From positions 2,264,213 to 2,296,212 of the forward strand of contig NZ_CP018800.1 of NCBI RefSeq assembly GCF_002795825.1: a stretch of 32,000 bases of DNA. Direction: 5' to 3'. The position numbers were made by a program, and so were the translations under genes. The notes under the pieces are model-generated. The model was not told where the DNA came from, did not search any database, and saw only the letters and a list, made by a program, of their open reading frames with translations. Positions 27,424 to 32,000 of this stretch are shown piece by piece (position 1 is the first letter of the stretch; each line of letters begins with the position of its first letter). Source of the DNA: Mariprofundus ferrinatatus. Lineage in GTDB: Bacteria; Pseudomonadota; Zetaproteobacteria; Mariprofundales; Mariprofundaceae.

Positions 27424-28440
27424 TTACGGGCGCCAGACACCCGATTCACAAACAATCGCCGTTATATTTTCAAACGGTGTTACATCAAAGGCCGGGTTAT
27501 TGGCTCCAACGCCGGTTGCAGCAACACGTATCTGCTGAACCTCCCCTTTGCAATCGACTCCATCCATCTCAACCACTTCACCGCCATCCCGCTCCTCTAT
27601 GGGAATCCCCTTTCCGCTGGCACATCCCAAATCGAATGTGCTTTTAGGAGCCGCCACATACATCGGCACCCCGTGCGCTTTTGCTGCCAGCGAAAGCGCA
27701 TAGGTACCAATCTTGTTGGCAACATCGCCATTGGCGGCAATACGGTCGGCACCAACAACTATCGCATCCACCTTGCCCTGTGCCATCATCCAGGCCGCAG
27801 CACTATCTGCCTGTATGCGGCAATCAATGCCTTCCTGATGAAGCTCCCAGGCAGTCAATCTGGCTCCCTGCAGGCGCGGCCTTGTCTCATCAACCCATAC
27901 AAACGGCTTCTCGCCCGCATGCGCCAGATGATATATTCCAGAAGTCGCCGTTCCCCAGTCAACGGCTGCCAGCCAACCGGCATTACAGTGAGTAAGAATT
28001 CGCCGCTCTCCGACAGCAAGATACTCGGCCAGCCCTGCCCCAATCGCTCGATTGGCAGCTACTTCAGCCTCAGCATAGGCCTCTGCCCGCTCGATCATCT
28101 CGTCATTTGAGGGGTCTGTTTCTGCACACTGCTGCATCGCATCACAGGCATGAAATAAATTTACTGCAGTAGGCCGGGTAGATCGAAATCTGGGGACCCA
28201 GTAATCAAAATAACGGCTTCGATCCGCTTTCCAGGCAAGAGCCAGTCCATAAGCCGCTGTAGCGCCTATGGTGGGAGCCCCTCGCACCTGCATCGTTTCG
28301 ATGGCAACGGCAACCTCTTCTGGAAAAGGGCTTACAATCTGCTCAAACCGGTGCGGCAGCAAGCGCTGCTCTATCCACTGCACTCCGCCTGATTCAGAGT
28401 GCCAGTTAACGGCCTGATATGACCTTTTTCCTATCCGCAT
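27424..28440 (-). CDS. mtnA: S-methyl-5-thioribose-1-phosphate isomerase (eIF-2B alpha/beta/delta family)
   Basis: 338 aa with RGAPTIGATAAYGLALA, THCNAGWLA and VGADRIAANGDVANKIGTY motifs typical of MtnA. Confidence 0.88.
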   Translation of the reverse strand: MRIGKRSYQAVNWHSESGGVQWIEQRLLPHRFEQIVSPFPEEVAVAIETMQVRGAPTIGATAAYGLALAWKADRSRYFDYWVPRFRSTRPTAVNLFHACDAMQQCAETDPSNDEMIERAEAYAEAEVAANRAIGAGLAEYLAVGERRILTHCNAGWLAAVDWGTATSGIYHLAHAGEKPFVWVDETRPRLQGARLTAWELHQEGIDCRIQADSAAAWMMAQGKVDAIVVGADRIAANGDVANKIGTYALSLAAKAHGVPMYVAAPKSTFDLGCASGKGIPIEERDGGEVVEMDGVDCKGEVQQIRVAATGVGANNPAFDVTPFENITAIVCESGVWRP

Positions 28441-28474
28441 GCTTTATACCCAAGTTGTTGTTTTATAAGGCTTT

Positions 28475-29326
28475 TTAATTCTTCCTGAGCTTTCTTAATA
28501 CCCCATCAAGCTCAACTGGCCGCGTATATGCAATTCTCAGCTCTCCTGAACCGTTTTTACGACAGACGATCTCTACAGGCAAACCGAGCTTGCGTGTCAG
28601 CTCATCCTGCAGTGCAACAACATCAGCGTCCGGTTCCTGCTTCGCCTTCGCGACCGGCTCCTTTGCTGCTCGCTTGGCTTCATGCTCCATCTGCCTTGCA
28701 CTCCACCCTTTGCTGATGCAGAGACGGGCAAGCGATTCAGCCACATGGCTCGAGAGACCAACCAATGGGCGAGCCTGTCCCATACTGAGCTCCCTCGTTT
28801 CAATCATCTCCTTAATAACCGGAGAGAGCTGTAAGAGACGGATCAGGTTGCTCACCTGAACGCGGGAGACTCCGACCTTCTCTGCAACCTGCTGTTGCGT
28901 ACAACCAAACTCATCCATCATACGACGATAAGCCCTGGCAGACTCAATGGCGGTAAGGTCATCACGCTGCTCATTTTCTATGATTGCCAACTCCAGCGCC
29001 TGCAGGTCGCCAACATCCCTGACTACGGCCGGAATCTCTTTCAATCCGGCGGCCTGGGAGGCCCTCCAACGTCGTTCGCCGGCAATCAATTCATAGCCAT
29101 CCCCATGTGGACGAAGGAGAATGGGCATCAAAACCCCCTCTCGGCGTATTGATTCAGTTAAACTATCCAGTTCATCGTGAGAAAAACGGGTCCTGGGCTG
29201 ATACGAGTTCGGTTTAATTTTGGAAATCGGAACCTGAGACGCCTGCCGCATTACCTCAGGTGTAGGGGTATCAGCAAGCAATGCGCTTAAACCGCGTCCT
29301 AACCCCCTGTTTTTCACTGCTGCCAT
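28475..29326 (-). CDS. parB: Chromosome partitioning protein ParB/Spo0J
   Basis: 283 aa with the N-terminal GLGRGLSALL, the ParB box LIAGERRWRASQ, and an HTH (TQQQVAEKVGVSRVQVSNLIRLLQL). Confidence 0.93.
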   Translation of the reverse strand: MAAVKNRGLGRGLSALLADTPTPEVMRQASQVPISKIKPNSYQPRTRFSHDELDSLTESIRREGVLMPILLRPHGDGYELIAGERRWRASQAAGLKEIPAVVRDVGDLQALELAIIENEQRDDLTAIESARAYRRMMDEFGCTQQQVAEKVGVSRVQVSNLIRLLQLSPVIKEMIETRELSMGQARPLVGLSSHVAESLARLCISKGWSARQMEHEAKRAAKEPVAKAKQEPDADVVALQDELTRKLGLPVEIVCRKNGSGELRIAYTRPVELDGVLRKLRKN

Positions 29327-29366
29327 AGATACTCTCCCATCATTTCCAAACTATCCTCCGCTTCCA

Positions 29367-30152
29367 TCAGAGCGCCCTGCGCTGCATCAGTTCCTGTGCA
29401 ACGGCCAGATAGGCCTGGGCACCTTTCGATTTAAGATCATGGTACATGGCCGGAACGCCAAAACTCGGAGCTTCCGACAATCTCACATTGCGCGGAATCG
29501 CATTTTCATAGACCTGTGAACCGAAATATGCGCGCACATCCTGTTCAACCTGGCACGAAAGGTTGTTGCGCCGATCCACCATGGTCAGAAGAATCCCCTC
29601 CATATTCAACTCGGGATTAAGGCCCCGGCGAATGCGGCGGATGGTATCCATCAACTGGGTCAGCCCTTCCATTGCATAAAACTCTGTCTGAAGTGTCACC
29701 ATAATATAATCAGAGGCTGTGAGTGCATTTACTGTAAGAAGGCTCAATGCAGGTGGACAATCTATAAACACGTGGTCAAACGGCTCGCCGGCATATGCTG
29801 CAAAAGCATTTTTCATCCGCTGTTCCCTACCCGGTTCATTAACCAGTTCAACTTCTGCCCCCGCCAAGTCCATGGTCGCAGGTAGTAAAAAAAGGTTTTC
29901 ACAATCGGTAGTTACTATCGCATCTGACACCCCGCTTTCGCTCATCAATACGTCGTAGGTTCCTGTCTCAACATTGGCCTGGTCGATACCAAGGCCCGAT
30001 GTTGAATTGCCCTGCGGATCCAAATCAATGAGCAGAACGCGTTGATCAAGCGCAGCAAGTGAGGCTGCCAGATTAATACTGGTCGTTGTTTTACCAACGC
30101 CCCCCTTCTGGTTTGCCACTGCAGTCACCGGCCCGAATTGCTGATGTTTCAC
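29367..30152 (-). CDS. parA: Chromosome partitioning ATPase ParA/Soj
   Basis: Has the deviant Walker A motif NQKGGVGKTTT. Start trimmed to the GTG at 30152-30150, giving (M)[17 protein letters not shown].... This forms a GTGA overlap with the rsmG stop and follows a GGGGGG SD. The track start 30191 would overlap rsmG by 43 nt. Confidence 0.92.
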   Translation of the reverse strand: MKHQQFGPVTAVANQKGGVGKTTTSINLAASLAALDQRVLLIDLDPQGNSTSGLGIDQANVETGTYDVLMSESGVSDAIVTTDCENLFLLPATMDLAGAEVELVNEPGREQRMKNAFAAYAGEPFDHVFIDCPPALSLLTVNALTASDYIMVTLQTEFYAMEGLTQLMDTIRRIRRGLNPELNMEGILLTMVDRRNNLSCQVEQDVRAYFGSQVYENAIPRNVRLSEAPSFGVPAMYHDLKSKGAQAYLAVAQELMQRRAL

Positions 30153-30160
30153 GTGAAACC
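30145..30160. promoter_or_regulatory. parS: parS centromere-like ParB binding site
   Basis: TGTTTCACGTGAAACC matches the widely conserved chromosomal parS consensus TGTTNCACGTGAAACA at 15 of 16 positions. The inner 14 bp form a perfect palindrome. It lies within the parAB locus. Confidence 0.75.
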
Positions 30161-30715
30161 CCCCTGTAATCCGTCGCAATAACGATAACACCGGATGCGC
30201 TGGATGCCATCCCCTCCAGCAATGTTTAAATTATGCTCCCCTTCCAGCCGCCAACCCTCCACAGCAGCAGGCTGCCTGGAGACAGGCACTGGAAACACAG
30301 CCGTGGCATTGGCATTGACATGAGGCGTGCACATATTGAGTAAGCCGGCCTCATCGGTAACAGCCCGTGCCACACAAACGTCGATCTTCAGGCTCGGGAG
30401 GTCGTTAACGTCCGCATCGTACACCTCGGCATTTAAATGCAATTTACGTACGACATGTCGAAGAAACTCAGCCCTCTTCTTCCTTCTCTCGACCAGAACA
30501 CCAACCAACCCGGGAAGCTCAATAATCAGCGGAATTCCTGGAACCCCCATGCCGCTGCCGATGTCCAGCATACGCCCCTCATGGGGAAGCCACTCAGCCA
30601 GCGCCAGCGAAGGCTCGATAAACTGGGCGTTAAATAGAGCCGGGTCGGATATCGAGGTAAGATTCAAGGCGCGACGAAACTTCATAACCTCCTGCACATA
30701 TGCGTCACAACTCAT
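30149..30715 (-). CDS. rsmG: 16S rRNA (guanine527-N7)-methyltransferase RsmG (GidB)
   Basis: 188 aa with the SAM-binding motif [14 protein letters not shown]. Conserved position between mnmG and parA. ATGA overlap with the mnmG stop. Confidence 0.9.
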   Translation of the reverse strand: MSCDAYVQEVMKFRRALNLTSISDPALFNAQFIEPSLALAEWLPHEGRMLDIGSGMGVPGIPLIIELPGLVGVLVERRKKRAEFLRHVVRKLHLNAEVYDADVNDLPSLKIDVCVARAVTDEAGLLNMCTPHVNANATAVFPVPVSRQPAAVEGWRLEGEHNLNIAGGDGIQRIRCYRYCDGLQGGFT

Positions 30716-32000
30716 TGCCTTCTCCTCAGATGCAACATCAGAGATGTAATAGCTGCAGGCGTAATGCCTGACAACCTAGAGGCATGACCAATCGTCTCTG
30801 GCTGCGCAGATGAGAGCTTCTGGCAACATTCGATACTTAGCCCTTTTACTACCGAGAAGTCAAAATCCGGAGGTATTTTCTGACTCTCAAGCTGCCTGAA
30901 TCGCTCAATTTCAACATGCTGCTTGTCCAGATACCCTTCGTAATGCACCAGTGCAATCAGGCTTTTCAAGTCTCGAACGGATAATTCCGGATATACATCC
31001 AGAAGCTTGAGCGCTTCGGATGCCGCAACATCGTCCCTATGACTGTAAGAGGAGAGAGGCATGGATTGCGCAGGCAGCGGCAAATCCATTGCCGCCAGGC
31101 GCTCCCGCCAAGCAGCCCCGGTGCCTACCACTGTCGCACGCGCCGCCTCGATTCCACGCCCAATCAGCGCTCTTCTGGACTCGAACCGACGTACACGCGC
31201 ATCATCATACAAACCAAGCTGGATGGCTGTATCCCCCAAGCGCAGGTCTGCATTATCCTCCCTTAATTGAAGGCGAAACTCAGCACGGGAAGTAAACATC
31301 CGATATGGCTCCGTCACACCCTTGGTTACAAGATCATCGGCCATAACGCCCAGATAGGCTTCAGAACGGTCTGGAACCCACCCCTCAATATCAATTGCCC
31401 TTGCCGCGGCATTAATGCCTGCAAGCAGCCCCTGTGCCGCAGCCTCTTCATACCCTGTCGTTCCATTAATCTGACCGGCATGAAACAGGCCAACCACCCT
31501 TTTACTCTCAAATGAGGGCTTCAACTCAGTCGGGTCCACATAATCGTATTCAATAGCGTAACCAGGTCGAATAATGACTGCATTCTCTAATCCAGGAATA
31601 GAACGAATAAAATCCCACTGCACATCAATAGGCAGCGAGGTTGATATCCCATTCGGATAAACCTCATCATGGTCTATGCCTTCAGGCTCGAGAAAGATCT
31701 GGTGACTTGATTTATCAGCGAAACGTACCACCTTGTCTTCAATACTAGGACAGTATCTTGGCCCGGTTCCTTCAATCTGGCCTGAGTACATCGGCGCCCT
31801 GGAGATGTTCTTCCTGATAATTTCGTGGGATCTCTCGGTAGTTCTAGTAATTGCACAAGGAATTTGATGTTCAGTGACTTTTTCATGGAGGGCTGAAAAA
31901 GGCAGAACATCCAATTCTCCAGGCTGCGACTCAAGAGAGGCCCAATCTATGGTGCCCTTATCCAGGCGGGGAGGCGTTCCGGTCTTAAGGCGACCCAGCC
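30712..32000 (-). CDS. mnmG: tRNA uridine-5-carboxymethylaminomethyl modification enzyme MnmG (GidA), partial (N-terminus beyond window end)
   Basis: The track start at 31914 is a TTG artefact. The frame stays open to position 32000 and reads ..[35 protein letters not shown].., matching the Mnm[11 protein letters not shown] block. [16 protein letters not shown] lies downstream. Confidence 0.95.
   Translation of the reverse strand, partial: LGRLKTGTPPRLDKGTIDWASLESQPGELDVLPFSALHEKVTEHQIPCAITRTTERSHEIIRKNISRAPMYSGQIEGTGPRYCPSIEDKVVRFADKSSHQIFLEPEGIDHDEVYPNGISTSLPIDVQWDFIRSIPGLENAVIIRPGYAIEYDYVDPTELKPSFESKRVVGLFHAGQINGTTGYEEAAAQGLLAGINAAARAIDIEGWVPDRSEAYLGVMADDLVTKGVTEPYRMFTSRAEFRLQLREDNADLRLGDTAIQLGLYDDARVRRFESRRALIGRGIEAARATVVGTGAAWRERLAAMDLPLPAQSMPLSSYSHRDDVAASEALKLLDVYPELSVRDLKSLIALVHYEGYLDKQHVEIERFRQLESQKIPPDFDFSVVKGLSIECCQKLSSAQPETIGHASRLSGITPAAITSLMLHLRRRQ

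Noticed and set aside
31912-31914. Apparent mnmG start codon at 31914
   Set aside because: The codon is TTG translated as M by the ORF finder. The frame stays open upstream to position 32000 and encodes the conserved Mnm[11 protein letters not shown] block, so the gene is truncated by the window rather than starting here.
1-32000. Search for CRISPR arrays, IS elements or transposases, integrases, prophage, toxin-antitoxin or defence operons
   Set aside because: I saw no regularly spaced direct repeats, no terminal inverted repeats flanking an ORF, and no ORF with transposase, integrase, nuclease or defence motifs. The only notable repeats are the rplJ 19-mer pair and short regulatory palindromes reported above.

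Overview
This window is mostly conserved core chromosome of a Gram-negative, proteobacterial-type genome, and almost all of it is coded on the minus strand. The centre holds the classic tRNA/tufB-to-rpoC block in E. coli-like order: tRNA-Thr(TGT), tRNA-Tyr, tRNA-Gly, tRNA-Thr(GGT), tuf, rpmG, tRNA-Trp, secE, nusG, rplK, rplA, rplJ, rplL, rpoB, rpoC. The right end carries the origin-proximal cluster mnmG (runs off the window), rsmG, parA and parB, followed by mtnA, a single-POTRA Omp85-family outer-membrane protein and coaD. The left third holds a partial LysM protein gene, plsY, an NDUFA9-like NAD(P)-binding protein, an acyl-CoA synthetase, a PAS-GGDEF diguanylate cyclase, gltA, a LysR regulator and a monoheme cytochrome c. 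A large HAMP/PAS/PAS/HD-GYP sensor is divergent from the tRNA operon. I found no CRISPR array, transposase, integrase, phage gene or recognisable defence or secretion operon, and I cannot support a large novel multi-gene system. The points worth a second look are small. They include two small ORFs with Shine-Dalgarno (SD) sites (one missing from the ORF track, one hidden inside a longer call) next to a perfect 19-bp palindrome in the lysR divergent region. A near-consensus parS covers the rsmG stop and parA start. There is a promoter-plus-terminator sRNA candidate between convergent genes, and an exact in-frame 19-nt repeat in the L12-binding helix of rplJ. Short upstream ORFs precede two genes that lack SD sites, and the diguanylate cyclase has a Rossmann-like N-terminal domain. 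Several track ORFs are over-extended at the 5' end (rplJ, coaD, secE, parA, gltA, Omp85) and I have trimmed them.
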